The translations under genes and the position numbers were made by a program. DNA of 64,000 bases. Origin: a virus. Positions 26,274 to 36,293 of this stretch are shown piece by piece. The stretch lies in the IMG/VR virus record IMGVR_UViG_3300032053_000019, positions 34,440-98,439 of that record; one strand, written 5' to 3'. The notes beneath the pieces are model-generated. The model was not told the origin of the DNA, made no database searches, and worked only from the letters and a program-made list of their open reading frames with translations. Each line of letters starts with the position of its first letter. The stretch's first letter is position 1.

Positions 26274-27191
26274 ATGATGGATACCATTACTTCACTGCTA
26301 TTGATTGACGGAAACAATCTAGGCTGGATGGCATACGGGCGGTCCCCTCTATCCTATAAGGATCAGCGAACTGAGGTGATCAAGATAGGTCTGATGATGT
26401 TACGGAACTACCTTGAACTTTTCAGTCCTGACCGACTAGTGGTGGTATGGGATGGTGGGCATGATCAATCCCGTACTTCCATATATCCTGAGTATAAGAA
26501 GCGGGATAAGGAATTGACAGAGGCGGAGAAAAAGGAACGCGACCTTTTCTTTGATCAGTTGAACCGACTTAAGGATAGCATTACCAAGTTGGGAATTGAT
26601 CAAGTTCGTGTACGAAGGCGGGAGGCAGATGATGTTATCTTTAGTCTACTGAATCCCGCACTACGAAGTGAGGAGCAGGCCTTCATCATCTCGACGGACG
26701 AGGATATGTTTCAGTTGGTTGCTCACTATCCTGAGGTAGCTATCTACTCACCGATCAAGCAGATACTCTATACCAAGGAGGAGATCGAAACAAAACTAGG
26801 CTTCCCGGTTGGGTACTACCTTTATTATAAAGCCTTAGTTGGGGACTCCAGTGATAACCTTCCTGGAGTTTATGGTATTGGACCGAAGAAGGCAAAGGTT
26901 GTCATTGAGTATTTACAAAGCGGAGCCCCCACTGCCTGGGATGAGAAGCATAAAAAACTAAAGGAAACTTTGGATAGTCAATACGAAACTTATAAAAAGA
27001 TGATTGATCTTATTGAGTTTCGTTCTATTCCGAAGGAGGAGATCGCTGAGGGAGTTACCCCTGGAACGGATGAGGATATCCTGACAAACATTTACGAGAT
27101 CGCCAACCAGTATGGCTTTGATCGTGTGCTTGAAAATGTTGGAGGATTCATGGGTCCCTTCCTGGCCTTTCAGAATCGGAGAAAAGCATGA
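26274..27191 (+). CDS. 5'-3' exonuclease / flap endonuclease (T4 RNase H-like)
   Basis: LIDGNN, WDGG, YPEYK, EADDV, STDEDM, GDSSDNLPGVYGIGPKKA. Confidence 0.93.
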   Translation: MMDTITSLLLIDGNNLGWMAYGRSPLSYKDQRTEVIKIGLMMLRNYLELFSPDRLVVVWDGGHDQSRTSIYPEYKKRDKELTEAEKKERDLFFDQLNRLKDSITKLGIDQVRVRRREADDVIFSLLNPALRSEEQAFIISTDEDMFQLVAHYPEVAIYSPIKQILYTKEEIETKLGFPVGYYLYYKALVGDSSDNLPGVYGIGPKKAKVVIEYLQSGAPTAWDEKHKKLKETLDSQYETYKKMIDLIEFRSIPKEEIAEGVTPGTDEDILTNIYEIANQYGFDRVLENVGGFMGPFLAFQNRRKA

Positions 27192-27832
27192 AAGTCATCA
27201 AGCAAAGTTATGCCTTTATTGCTCCCCCCTGGGCCACCACTATTCTGAGACAGTTGGAAACGATTGGTCGTACCTGCTATAAGTCAGAGGATAAGATTAC
27301 TAATACCTCAGCAGAATTCTTCGTGACCAAGTTGATCAAGAATGGGCACACTTCCGTACTTGAGCACATTACGATCACGGTTCGGATCATCACCAATCGT
27401 GGCGTAACTCACGAGTTGGTGCGCCATCGCATCGCTTCCTACTCTCAGGAGTCCACTCGTTGGTGTGACTATGGTAAGGAAGGGGAAATTACCGTTATAC
27501 TTCCTGTGTGGCTTGATGAAGATAAGGTTGGGACTGAAAGGTTGGCATGGGGAAGGGCAATGTTGAACGCTGAGGCGGCATACTTTGAGATGAGGCGTTT
27601 GGGTTGGGGACCAGAGAAGGCTCGTGGTGTCCTTCCTAATGATCTCAAGACAGAGATTGTTATGACTGCCAATCTGCGGGAGTGGCGATTGGTATTTGGT
27701 CAGAGATGCAGTGACCGAGCCCACCCTCAGATGAGAGCACTCATGCGAGATATGCTAACTGACTTCAAGGCGATGTTTCCTATTGTCTTTGACGATCTCA
27801 ATGAGAAAGGGGAAGTGGTATGCGAACCTTGA
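27188..27832 (+). CDS. thyX: flavin-dependent thymidylate synthase
   Basis: GHTSVLEH, ELVRHRIASYSQESTR, ARGVLP, NLREW, AHPQMR. Confidence 0.96.
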   Translation: MKVIKQSYAFIAPPWATTILRQLETIGRTCYKSEDKITNTSAEFFVTKLIKNGHTSVLEHITITVRIITNRGVTHELVRHRIASYSQESTRWCDYGKEGEITVILPVWLDEDKVGTERLAWGRAMLNAEAAYFEMRRLGWGPEKARGVLPNDLKTEIVMTANLREWRLVFGQRCSDRAHPQMRALMRDMLTDFKAMFPIVFDDLNEKGEVVCEP

Positions 27833-28839
27833 TCTTCTCCGATCTTCACGATCACAACTACCAAGAGTTTTCGACAATCAACGAGGGGGTCAACTCCCGG
27901 TTGTTGGAGCATCTGCTATGCCTTGATCTGATTGCCGAGGATGCTTTGAAACTCAAGGTAGACGTAATTGTTTTTGGTGGTGATATCTTTCATCTGAAAA
28001 ACTTTGTGGACTCTCAAGTGATCAAACTTACCATGAAGAAGATGGAGGAACTTTCGGAGATAGCCCCAATCGTGATCTGTCCAGGCAACCATGACTATCG
28101 TGGGTGGGGAAGTGATCCTATTCTTTTGGAAATACTGTCGGAGTTTTCAGGAAACATTTATCTGCCTACTATCGGATGTCACAATGAGGTTACTGTGGCG
28201 GGTTGGACGATTAAGATTTTTCCCTTTACTCGGGACATTGATTCACTCAATGATCAATTGAAAACTCATGCCAGAACCTCAAAAACAATTGCCATCCTTC
28301 ATCAAGATATGATAGGATCAATGTATGGAAAGTTCCTGGTGGAGAAGGGATTGTTTACAGAGTTACTGGCGGATAGATTTCCATTCTCTTTCGTAGGTCA
28401 TTTCCACGATCAGAAGGCTATGCAACCCACTGTCTGGTCGATCGGATCGCCGCTAATGCTTTCGTATGGGGAGCAGGATCAAACCAAGGGCTGGTTATTT
28501 CTAGACACGGATGAAGGAGTGGTAAAGCCACTGGTAAATAATGTTTCACCAAGGTTCCGAACGATTACCACCAGTGATGGTAGTGAGGTGGTCGCCTTAA
28601 CTGATGAAGAGGCCTCCCGGGATTTCTTTCGGTTCATCATTCAGGGGTCAGTTGTGCCTGATTTATCGCGAGTTCGATGGAAGAGAGTGAAGGTTGACTC
28701 AGTTTCGGACAAGAAAAAACGGACCTCAATAAGTTTTTCGGATTCAACTCTGGACTTGATAACTAAATATGTCAAGTCACGGAATGTTGATCTTGATGAA
28801 GGTTTGCTAATTGAAACAGGAAGGCGGTACCTGGTATGA
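27820..28839 (+). CDS. SbcD/Mre11 (gp47-like) nuclease
   Basis: SDLH, GGDIFH, PGNHD, GHFH, IGSP. Confidence 0.9.
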   Translation: MRTLIFSDLHDHNYQEFSTINEGVNSRLLEHLLCLDLIAEDALKLKVDVIVFGGDIFHLKNFVDSQVIKLTMKKMEELSEIAPIVICPGNHDYRGWGSDPILLEILSEFSGNIYLPTIGCHNEVTVAGWTIKIFPFTRDIDSLNDQLKTHARTSKTIAILHQDMIGSMYGKFLVEKGLFTELLADRFPFSFVGHFHDQKAMQPTVWSIGSPLMLSYGEQDQTKGWLFLDTDEGVVKPLVNNVSPRFRTITTSDGSEVVALTDEEASRDFFRFIIQGSVVPDLSRVRWKRVKVDSVSDKKKRTSISFSDSTLDLITKYVKSRNVDLDEGLLIETGRRYLV

Positions 28840-30776
28840 GATTCCTTCAACTTCAAGCAAAAAACTTTATGAGTTTCAAGGCGTTTACGCTTAGTTTTCC
28901 TTCCAACGGTTTGGTATTTGTTGGAGGGGAGATTGAAGATGGGAAGATCAGTTCAAGCAATGGAGCGGGCAAGTCGGCAGTCTTCGAGGCTCTGTGTTGG
29001 GGCCTTTATGGACAGACCCTTCGCAATACCGGTAAGGGGGATGTGGTCAATCGTTCAGTGGGAAAGGATTGTATGGTGGAGATCATCTTCGAGGATGATC
29101 ATGGTGAGGCGTGCATGATCGCCCGTTATCGAAATGACAAGAAACTCCAGCACTCCCTTTTGTTTTATAAGGGGGACAAGGAACTTACATCGTCTGAGGC
29201 GAAGGAAACTCAGGTGATCATTGACTCCATACTCGGGATGAACTGGTTGGTGTTCTCAACGGCGGTCGTCTTTGGTGAGAAGGCCCAGCGGTTTACTGAG
29301 GCACGAGACTCCGAGAAGAAGCAAATCTTTGATGAGATCCTGATGCTTCAAAAGTATCAGGATGCTCAAAAGCAAGTGCGTGAGGATCTTAGAAAATTGA
29401 AGGAGTCTTCCTCTGGCTATGATACCCAGCACAAGGCCGCTGAGGAAGGCTTGAAGGCGGTTAGTGAAACTCTGGCTAAACGTGAGGAAGAGTTAACTCA
29501 GTTGGATCTTCAAAAGGCAGAGGCGGAAGAGCACATCGGCTGGTTGAGGTCTGGTCTTGGTGATACCAGGGCAAAGATGGAGGAAAAGCAAAAGTATGCA
29601 GAGGAGGGACGTAAAGAGTATGCCGCCCTTGATGCTGAGAATAAGAATATCTTTACCATGGTGCAGAAACTGGAACGTGAAAAGCAATCTGCACTTAGTG
29701 AGGTCACGAACTCTGGGATGGGGAAGAAGGTTTTGCTGGCATCAACTGCGGGATCCATTCGTGATTTGGAGACCAAGAAAAGCAATGCCTCACGGATGAA
29801 GGCAGGGGCTTTGTGCCCGACCTGCGGACAGAACATTACGGCGGATTCATTGACCGGGGTCACGTCACACTTTGACATAGAGATCAGCAAGTTAAAAGTT
29901 CAGCAGATAGAGTTGGCCGCTGAAGTTTCTGTGTTTGAAGTAAAGGAGAAAGAGGTTCGATCAAAGTATGACAAGGAGGTCGCCAGCATTGTCGCAACAA
30001 AGACCTCGATGGATGATACCTTGTCGGCTCTACTGAAGTCATATACCGAAAAGGCCCTTGAGGCGAAGCGCCTTGAGGGTGAAGTTCGGGCTGTGGAGCA
30101 GGAGATCACGAACCTCCAGAAAAACCTATCGGAAAAGGAAGAGGCACTTCGTAAAAGCATAGAGTATGAAGGGGAGAGAATTTCTGCATATGAGAAAACG
30201 ATTCGTGATCTTGATCAGCAACTCCTCGGTCTTGTTCAGGAGGAAAGTCTTCTTCGGTTTTGGGAGGAGGGGTTTGGGAATACTGGAATTAAAAGTCTCC
30301 TCCTTGATGAAGTCATCCCGCAGTTAAATGCTCGGGTAGCGTTTTATGCGAATGCCTTGATGGATGAGGAGATTACCATTGACTTTGATACTGAGTCAAC
30401 TCTTAAAAGTGGGGATACCCGGGATAAGTTCGATGTGAAGATCATCAAGGGTGGTGAGCGGGTTGACTATGCCGCCTGCTCGAGTGGGGAGAAGCGGAGG
30501 ATTGATGTTGCTATTCTATTGGCACTTCAATCGCTGGTCTATGAACGAGGTGCCTCAAACTCAAACTTGATCGTCCTGGATGAGGTGTTTGACTCCCTTG
30601 ATCGTGTTGGCATCGAACGGGCAGTTGCCCTTTTGGCAGAGGAGTCTAGGGAAAAATTGATCTACGTGATCAGTCATCTAAGTGAGTTCAGAGATTACTT
30701 CCAGCAGGAATTGATTATAACGAAAGTGAATGGGTTCTCAAACTTGATTGACCAGCAGGAAGGAGGCATGTCATGA
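28836..30776 (+). CDS. SbcC/Rad50 (gp46-like) ATPase
   Basis: NFMSF, NGAGKS, CPTCG hook, SSGEKRR, LDEVFDSLD, ISH. Confidence 0.93.
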   Translation: MRFLQLQAKNFMSFKAFTLSFPSNGLVFVGGEIEDGKISSSNGAGKSAVFEALCWGLYGQTLRNTGKGDVVNRSVGKDCMVEIIFEDDHGEACMIARYRNDKKLQHSLLFYKGDKELTSSEAKETQVIIDSILGMNWLVFSTAVVFGEKAQRFTEARDSEKKQIFDEILMLQKYQDAQKQVREDLRKLKESSSGYDTQHKAAEEGLKAVSETLAKREEELTQLDLQKAEAEEHIGWLRSGLGDTRAKMEEKQKYAEEGRKEYAALDAENKNIFTMVQKLEREKQSALSEVTNSGMGKKVLLASTAGSIRDLETKKSNASRMKAGALCPTCGQNITADSLTGVTSHFDIEISKLKVQQIELAAEVSVFEVKEKEVRSKYDKEVASIVATKTSMDDTLSALLKSYTEKALEAKRLEGEVRAVEQEITNLQKNLSEKEEALRKSIEYEGERISAYEKTIRDLDQQLLGLVQEESLLRFWEEGFGNTGIKSLLLDEVIPQLNARVAFYANALMDEEITIDFDTESTLKSGDTRDKFDVKIIKGGERVDYAACSSGEKRRIDVAILLALQSLVYERGASNSNLIVLDEVFDSLDRVGIERAVALLAEESREKLIYVISHLSEFRDYFQQELIITKVNGFSNLIDQQEGGMS

Positions 30777-31396
30777 AGGCAGGCGGCGGCAAGTCAAAGG
30801 GAAGTGCATACGAACGACGGATACGAGACATCTTAACAGCCTCCTACTATCCCGATGGTGGTGGAGAGTTTCAAAGGATCTACTCCCATCCTATTCCCAA
30901 AAAGGGAGAGGTACGAGGTGATCTCAAGGCGCTGAAGTATATTGTTACAGGTAGTCCGCTTGATCGTGAAGAGGAGAGGGCACTGGTATTGGATAGTAGT
31001 TTTCCCTTTGCGGTTGAGTGTAAAAACTATACTAAAGTCAAGCCCCTGTTTTGTGGACTCTACGCCTCCGAGTGTGAGTTGTGGGGATGGATGAGGCAGG
31101 CGGTGGAAGCCTCTGAAGGGAAGATGCCTCTGGTGGTTTACCGTCTCTTCCGAACTGCTGACATTGCGGTTTTGAGATCAACTGACTTCGCCAAGTTCAA
31201 GGAGTTGTTCGGAGTCTATCGTCATGAGTGCTATGCCTTGACGCATTATAGCGGTGAGTCGGGAGAGATTGAGTCCTCCCTTTTCCTATTCCTCCTCAAG
31301 GACTTTTTGGAATGGGTTGACTGGGGGGTGTTTAGGTTGTCATCATCAACAAGATATATTCGTAGCCTTATACCGAAGGAGGATTCCAGTGGCTGA
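30773..31396 (+). CDS. Holliday junction resolvase-like PD-(D/E)xK nuclease
   Basis: KGSAYER, GD, VECKN, WMRQA, PLVVY. Confidence 0.8.
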   Translation: MKAGGGKSKGSAYERRIRDILTASYYPDGGGEFQRIYSHPIPKKGEVRGDLKALKYIVTGSPLDREEERALVLDSSFPFAVECKNYTKVKPLFCGLYASECELWGWMRQAVEASEGKMPLVVYRLFRTADIAVLRSTDFAKFKELFGVYRHECYALTHYSGESGEIESSLFLFLLKDFLEWVDWGVFRLSSSTRYIRSLIPKEDSSG

Positions 31397-31778
31397 GGAT
31401 AAGTTCGGCATGAAGGACGAAGGGAAAAGGAAGACATACAACACCGGTGCCATTGAGGAAGTGAAGATCGGTAAGGGAAAGTATGTCCTGATCTCTCCCT
31501 ATATGGAACAGCGTCTGGCCCGTATCATGGAGAAGGGGGAGATTAAGTACGCCGCCAGGAACTGGGAGAAGGGGATGCCATTCTCTCGTTTCATTGATTC
31601 TGCCCAGAGACACATCACGCAGTTCAAGATGGGCATGACTGATGAGGACCACCTGGGACAGGCGATCTTCAACCTCATGGCGATCATGCACTTTGAGGAC
31701 CTGGGGAGAAAGGATCTTGATGATATGCCACATTACGAGGAAAGGAAACACGATGGCACACAAAGTAAGAGTGACTGA
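31389..31778 (+). CDS. dATP/dGTP diphosphohydrolase-like protein (DUF5664-type)
   Basis: TGA, GKGKY.LI, KG..KY..RNWEKG, DSAQRH, EDHL. Confidence 0.8.
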   Translation: MAEDKFGMKDEGKRKTYNTGAIEEVKIGKGKYVLISPYMEQRLARIMEKGEIKYAARNWEKGMPFSRFIDSAQRHITQFKMGMTDEDHLGQAIFNLMAIMHFEDLGRKDLDDMPHYEERKHDGTQSKSD

Positions 31779-31977
31779 CGAACTGATCCTTAAAGTTCAG
31801 CAGGCCTTTCAGATCATGGGTACGAAGTTTATTCACAATGGTGATGCAGGCATGACTAGGAATGAACTTCGGGCACTAGATAGGAAGGGTATAGTGGAGA
31901 GGATGAGGACGGCAACTAAGAAATGGGCTGATACCACCGGCACTATTGAATATGTCTATCGTTTGAAGAGAGGTTGA
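31753..31977 (+). CDS. hypothetical protein (possible winged helix)
   Basis: RBS AAGGA; LRALDRKGIVE..YVYRL. Confidence 0.55.
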   Translation: MAHKVRVTDELILKVQQAFQIMGTKFIHNGDAGMTRNELRALDRKGIVERMRTATKKWADTTGTIEYVYRLKRG

Positions 31978-31979
31978 TC

Positions 31980-32171
31980 ATGCACTGGTTGCCGTTACGA
32001 GAACGGGAAGAGAGAGATGATCATATAGTTGACCTCTATCGGCGGGGGTTTACTCAGCGGCAGATAGGTGAACGAGTGGGCTTGAGACAGGGGTCAATAT
32101 ACTATATACTGAAGAAGAGAGGAATCAAGAAAATACATGATTATCCCAGGATTAGGAAGGAGGCGTTATGA
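31980..32171 (+). CDS. helix-turn-helix protein
   Basis: LYRRGFTQRQIGERVGLRQGSIYYIL. Confidence 0.75.
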   Translation: MHWLPLREREERDDHIVDLYRRGFTQRQIGERVGLRQGSIYYILKKRGIKKIHDYPRIRKEAL

Positions 32172-32557
32172 ATAAACCTGGTATTCCTCAAACTCTCATT
32201 AAAAAAAAGATAGATCCTTTTGATCAGGTGGTCGGTCATCTGGTATCCTATATGGAACTTGCCCGGGCAACAAAGTTTCTTTTGGGAACTACTAAACGAT
32301 TGACTCCTCCTTTGGATCTTCGGTTAACTACGGAGATAAACTTCTGCCATTTAACATTAACAAGAGTTTGTAATCTCTCGTCAGAGGCAATACTGGACAT
32401 AGTCAAGAGATTGGTTTCCCAACCAGACTTTGCCGAGGAAGTGAAGAGTATGGCAGATTGGTTGTCTCCTAGTAAGGGTCGTGTTCTTATCACTGTGGAT
32501 GAGTTTAGTAGAATGCGTCCGCCTCTTCCCAGTAAGTCCTTATTCGGAGGTAGATGA
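32168..32557 (+). CDS. hypothetical protein
   Basis: RBS GGAGG, coupled. Confidence 0.65.
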   Translation: MNKPGIPQTLIKKKIDPFDQVVGHLVSYMELARATKFLLGTTKRLTPPLDLRLTTEINFCHLTLTRVCNLSSEAILDIVKRLVSQPDFAEEVKSMADWLSPSKGRVLITVDEFSRMRPPLPSKSLFGGR

Positions 32558-33180
32558 TGTTAACAGTCAACGAAATCTTTGAGTCAGTGCAGGGTGAGGG
32601 TAACCATGCCGGACGAGTAGCGATCTTTATCAGATTCACTGGGTGTAACTTGAGTTGCTCGTTCTGCGATACCAAGTATTCCTGGAAGGATGGGACGGAA
32701 CTTTCAATCAAGGAGATCATGGACAAGGTTCGAGAGTTCAAGTCTATGTTTGTTATCCTCACCGGAGGCGAGCCAACTATCCAGCCTTTCGAGGATCTTC
32801 AGCATCTGGTATCATGTCTTCACCATTACGGCTATCAGGTAGCGATAGAGACTAACGGAACCAATTTTATCCATCCTTTCCATCTGCCTATTGATTGGAT
32901 AACAGTCTCACCCAAGACACGAGACTTTATTATGAGAGAGGGAGATGAGTTAAAGTTGCTGTTCGATGGCACTCAGGATCTGCTGGAGTATGAGGATACC
33001 AAATTCCGATTCTACTATCTCCAGCCCATCCTGCCCGAGAAGGATCTCATCCACACCGAGAACGTGGCTCAGTTCATGATGTTGGTCCGCTCGTCGGTGA
33101 TCTTGTGCGTTGAGGCGGCGAAGAAGTTCCCCAAGTGGCGCGTTTCCTTCCAGGCACACAAGATCGTGGGGATAAGATAA
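32554..33180 (+). CDS. queE: 7-carboxy-7-deazaguanine synthase
   Basis: EIFESVQGEG, FIRFTGCNLSCSFCDT, TGGEP, IETNG, VSPK, QAHK. Confidence 0.95.
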   Translation: MMLTVNEIFESVQGEGNHAGRVAIFIRFTGCNLSCSFCDTKYSWKDGTELSIKEIMDKVREFKSMFVILTGGEPTIQPFEDLQHLVSCLHHYGYQVAIETNGTNFIHPFHLPIDWITVSPKTRDFIMREGDELKLLFDGTQDLLEYEDTKFRFYYLQPILPEKDLIHTENVAQFMMLVRSSVILCVEAAKKFPKWRVSFQAHKIVGIR

Positions 33181-33380
33181 TGAGTCCAGATATTTGTATG
33201 TGCACTGGGGTTTCCTGTCCGATGGCGGTCGAGTGTTATCGTCATCTTGCAATTGCGGATAGTTACCAATCATACTTTGGCCAACCACCAGTGGTTAAGG
33301 ATGAGGAAAACAAACTTGCCACTTGTGAGTATTTCTGGCCAGTTAAGGGGAGGAAAAAATGCAAGCACGATTCCAAGTAA
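33180..33380 (+). CDS. small Cys-rich hypothetical protein
   Basis: DICMC..CP...CYR..QSYF..CEYFW. Confidence 0.6.
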   Translation: MSPDICMCTGVSCPMAVECYRHLAIADSYQSYFGQPPVVKDEENKLATCEYFWPVKGRKKCKHDSK

Positions 33381-33471
33381 CGACAGGTGATGTGGTGGTA
33401 TTCTGCGTGATCGGATTTGTCTGTGGATTCTGTTGTGCATGGGCACTTATACACTTTGGATGTATAAAGTG

Positions 33472-34227
33472 ATGGAAGATAAAAACAGCATGCTTTATTG
33501 GTGGCCTAAAGTCAAGGATCTTTCTATTCCTCAGCCCAAGACAATTATGTTGAAGGTGGATCCTAAAATGGCGTACGAAGTTGAGGATGGTGGAAAGTAT
33601 CCCCAGATGGATGAGTTTAAGGAGGCAGTTACAATACTTGGTCTTCCCGTCTTTATCCGAACTGATCAATTGTCAGGGAAGCACGAGTGGTCAAAGACTT
33701 GTTTTCTGAACAGTTATGCCGAGAAGGATCTTCAGCAACACATCTGGGCTCTTACCGATGCAACTTTGGGATGTGATGTGATGGGTCGTCCAGTCAATGC
33801 TTTCGCTTTTCGAGAATACATTCCTATGGCCTCCAAGTATACCGCCTTCTTCGGACAGATGCCGGTTAATCCGGAACGAAGATATTTTATAGAAAATGGA
33901 AAGGTCCTTTGTCATCATCCATATTGGATAAAAGAGGCTATTGTCAATCCCAGTGTGAAGAACTGGTCCAAATTGTCCGATAAAATGAATGAGGAGACAA
34001 CTGGTGAGATAGTCTTACTTATGGGATATGCTCTCCGAGTGGCGGATGTGATGAATGGGTTTTGGTCCGTTGACTTTTGTAAGGCTCGAGATGGTCGATG
34101 GATTCTTATTGATATGGCACTCGGCGAGTCGTCCTGGCATCCTGAGGAGTGCCAAAACAATAGGACAGTTGAGATAGACTATATGAAGATGTTTGCTGAA
34201 AAGTTAGCAAGGGTAAGTAATGCTTGA
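33472..34227 (+). CDS. ATP-grasp fold protein
   Basis: PVFIRTD, SGKH, FREYI, ERRYF, SVDF, WILIDM. Confidence 0.7.
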   Translation: MEDKNSMLYWWPKVKDLSIPQPKTIMLKVDPKMAYEVEDGGKYPQMDEFKEAVTILGLPVFIRTDQLSGKHEWSKTCFLNSYAEKDLQQHIWALTDATLGCDVMGRPVNAFAFREYIPMASKYTAFFGQMPVNPERRYFIENGKVLCHHPYWIKEAIVNPSVKNWSKLSDKMNEETTGEIVLLMGYALRVADVMNGFWSVDFCKARDGRWILIDMALGESSWHPEECQNNRTVEIDYMKMFAEKLARVSNA

Positions 34228-35167
34228 TCAATTGTTCCCAAAAGGACAGTGGGCGAACTCTGACGAGTTTGTCATTCCATGTCCCTACTGTCCTGACGGA
34301 GATCATCCAACTCATAGTCACTGCTTCCTAAATCCTGAGAAAGAGGTATACCATTGCTTTCGTTGTGGTGCTAGTGGATCACTTCGTGCACTACTTCGGG
34401 ACTCTGGTGTTGACGAAACTATCATTGAGGAAATGCGATTAGGTGCTCCGAAGCCGGATGCTTTTCTTCACCAGCCCATTCCGTTTGACTTCAAGCCGAT
34501 CGGCCTTTCTGGTTTGTTTTCAGAAAGGAAAGCAGTTGAGTATTTGAAGGCACGGGATCTTGACGAAAGTGCCTTTACCAAGTACGACATACGATATACG
34601 AATACGGGCAGGTATGGTGGGCGTGTGATCATTCCCATCTATGAATCAAGACGGATGGTTTGTTTCGTTGCCCGTGCGGTATTCAAGTCCCTTTACCCAA
34701 AGTATCTTTACCCTCATCGTGGGGAAACTATACTGACAGCCGGAGAGGCGATCTTTGGTTACGAGGGGTACTCAACAAAGAAGGTGCTATTGGTCGAGGG
34801 CGTTTTCGATGCGATCTCGGTCAGGAAGAAACTAGGTACGGATGAGTTCAATATTATGGCAATCTTGGGCAAGTCACTGAGTAACTATCAGGCGGCGAAG
34901 TTGTGGCGATTACCAACTAGTGCCTTTTATATCATGTTGGACAAGGATGCCCGGGTGGATGCCATTACCCTGGCAACGAAGTTACTGAGGACAAGACGTA
35001 ATGAGAAGATCGAAATTCGTATCTGTTTTATACGTTCAAAAGACCCTGCTGAGGCGTCCGTAGCGGACTTGACCAAAGCAGTGGTGGAGGCAGAGTCGGG
35101 GTTTGATGATCTAGCCGCTGGGAAATTGTTATTGGAGACTTTTTGTGTACGACAAAGAAACGATTGA
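34220..35167 (+). CDS. DNA primase (Zn-binding + TOPRIM)
   Basis: CPYC..H..CFRC, RVIIP, PKYL, VEGVFDA, LDKDA, KDP. Confidence 0.9.
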   Translation: MLDQLFPKGQWANSDEFVIPCPYCPDGDHPTHSHCFLNPEKEVYHCFRCGASGSLRALLRDSGVDETIIEEMRLGAPKPDAFLHQPIPFDFKPIGLSGLFSERKAVEYLKARDLDESAFTKYDIRYTNTGRYGGRVIIPIYESRRMVCFVARAVFKSLYPKYLYPHRGETILTAGEAIFGYEGYSTKKVLLVEGVFDAISVRKKLGTDEFNIMAILGKSLSNYQAAKLWRLPTSAFYIMLDKDARVDAITLATKLLRTRRNEKIEIRICFIRSKDPAEASVADLTKAVVEAESGFDDLAAGKLLLETFCVRQRND

Positions 35168-35825
35168 TCGCTTGTTCAGGAAGTATTGTGAGACCGGAGA
35201 TCCCAAAGTCTTTGAGGAACTGATCGGAGCCTGCCGACCTCTCGTTGCCGTGATACTTTCAAAGTACCCATCCCACATGCCCTGGTTTGAGGATATCTCG
35301 CAAGATGTGCTACTCAAGATGTGGAAGAACCTAAGTAATCCTGATCAATTGAAACGGCACCTGGTGGCACCCACGAACTTCCTTTACTCTAGGATCTGGC
35401 CTTATATTTACTATAGCCTTGAGGGAGTATCTAAGCAGAATGGGATACCAATGGCCCTGAGTGAGAAAGAAAGGCTTATTATTAAATTAAAAGAGGAGGG
35501 GGAACTATCCTTTGACAGGATTGCTGAAGCAACTGAGTTGGCACCCTCTACGGTAAAGTGTCTTTTTTATATCGGACGACAGAAACGAGATCGGATGATC
35601 AGGATGGATCCTGATGATCAAAGAGGAACTGGTGAGGTGATTGGTGAGTTTCTAGATCCTGCAAAGCAACTAGAGGTTCGTGAGACTAGGAAGGAGTGGT
35701 GTCTAAAGGTTCTTGATCGTCTCTCGTCACACCTGTATTACAAGAACAACCGAAAGGCACTGGCTAGAGTAAAGAAACTTTTACAGGAAGTATTGGAAGA
35801 GAGTGGAGTCGATGACCAAAGCTGA
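35145..35825 (+). CDS. sigma70-like factor (probable late sigma)
   Basis: FEELI, EDISQDVLLKMW (region 2); LSEKER...LSFDRIAEATELAPSTVK (region 4). Confidence 0.8.
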   Translation: MYDKETIDRLFRKYCETGDPKVFEELIGACRPLVAVILSKYPSHMPWFEDISQDVLLKMWKNLSNPDQLKRHLVAPTNFLYSRIWPYIYYSLEGVSKQNGIPMALSEKERLIIKLKEEGELSFDRIAEATELAPSTVKCLFYIGRQKRDRMIRMDPDDQRGTGEVIGEFLDPAKQLEVRETRKEWCLKVLDRLSSHLYYKNNRKALARVKKLLQEVLEESGVDDQS

Positions 35826-36225
35826 AAAGATATTCCTTGAGGCCATGGTATCTGTGGCGGAAACTTATCCAACTTCGGTACTGGGGGATCTACTCATGCT
35901 ATTTCCTCCGGAAGTTTCGGTCAAGTTGGTAGTCACCTTTGCAGGCGATACGGTCTCGTTTCCAAAGTTAGATACTATTTGGAAGACGTACCGATCAAAA
36001 GTGATTCGTAACTCACTGGTTTCCAAGAATGATTCGGTAACAAGAACCCGGTTGGCCCATTACTTTGGGGTCTCAACTAGAAAAGTTTCAGAGATCTTCC
36101 ATGCCGAAAAGGATAAGGAGAAGAAAGTCACTGACACTCTCCTTGCCAAGTCGGCTCGTCGAGTTTATCGGCACGAGTTGGATAATCTTTTAAAGGATGT
36201 AAAGGACGCTTTAGGTTCTAAGTAA
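35812..36225 (+). CDS. Mor/C-like transcriptional regulator
   Basis: FAGDTVSFPK and LAHYFGVSTRKVSEI HTH. Confidence 0.6.
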   Translation: MTKAEKIFLEAMVSVAETYPTSVLGDLLMLFPPEVSVKLVVTFAGDTVSFPKLDTIWKTYRSKVIRNSLVSKNDSVTRTRLAHYFGVSTRKVSEIFHAEKDKEKKVTDTLLAKSARRVYRHELDNLLKDVKDALGSK

Positions 36226-36293
36226 CTTGTGATACCAATAGAAACTTATAATATATTATAATGAAAAGTAGTTGTAGTGAGTAAGGAGTAATA

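Noticed and set aside
36227-36262. Promoter upstream of the packaging genes (two TATAAT)
   Set aside because: No correctly spaced -35; may be a phage-sigma promoter but cannot be supported.
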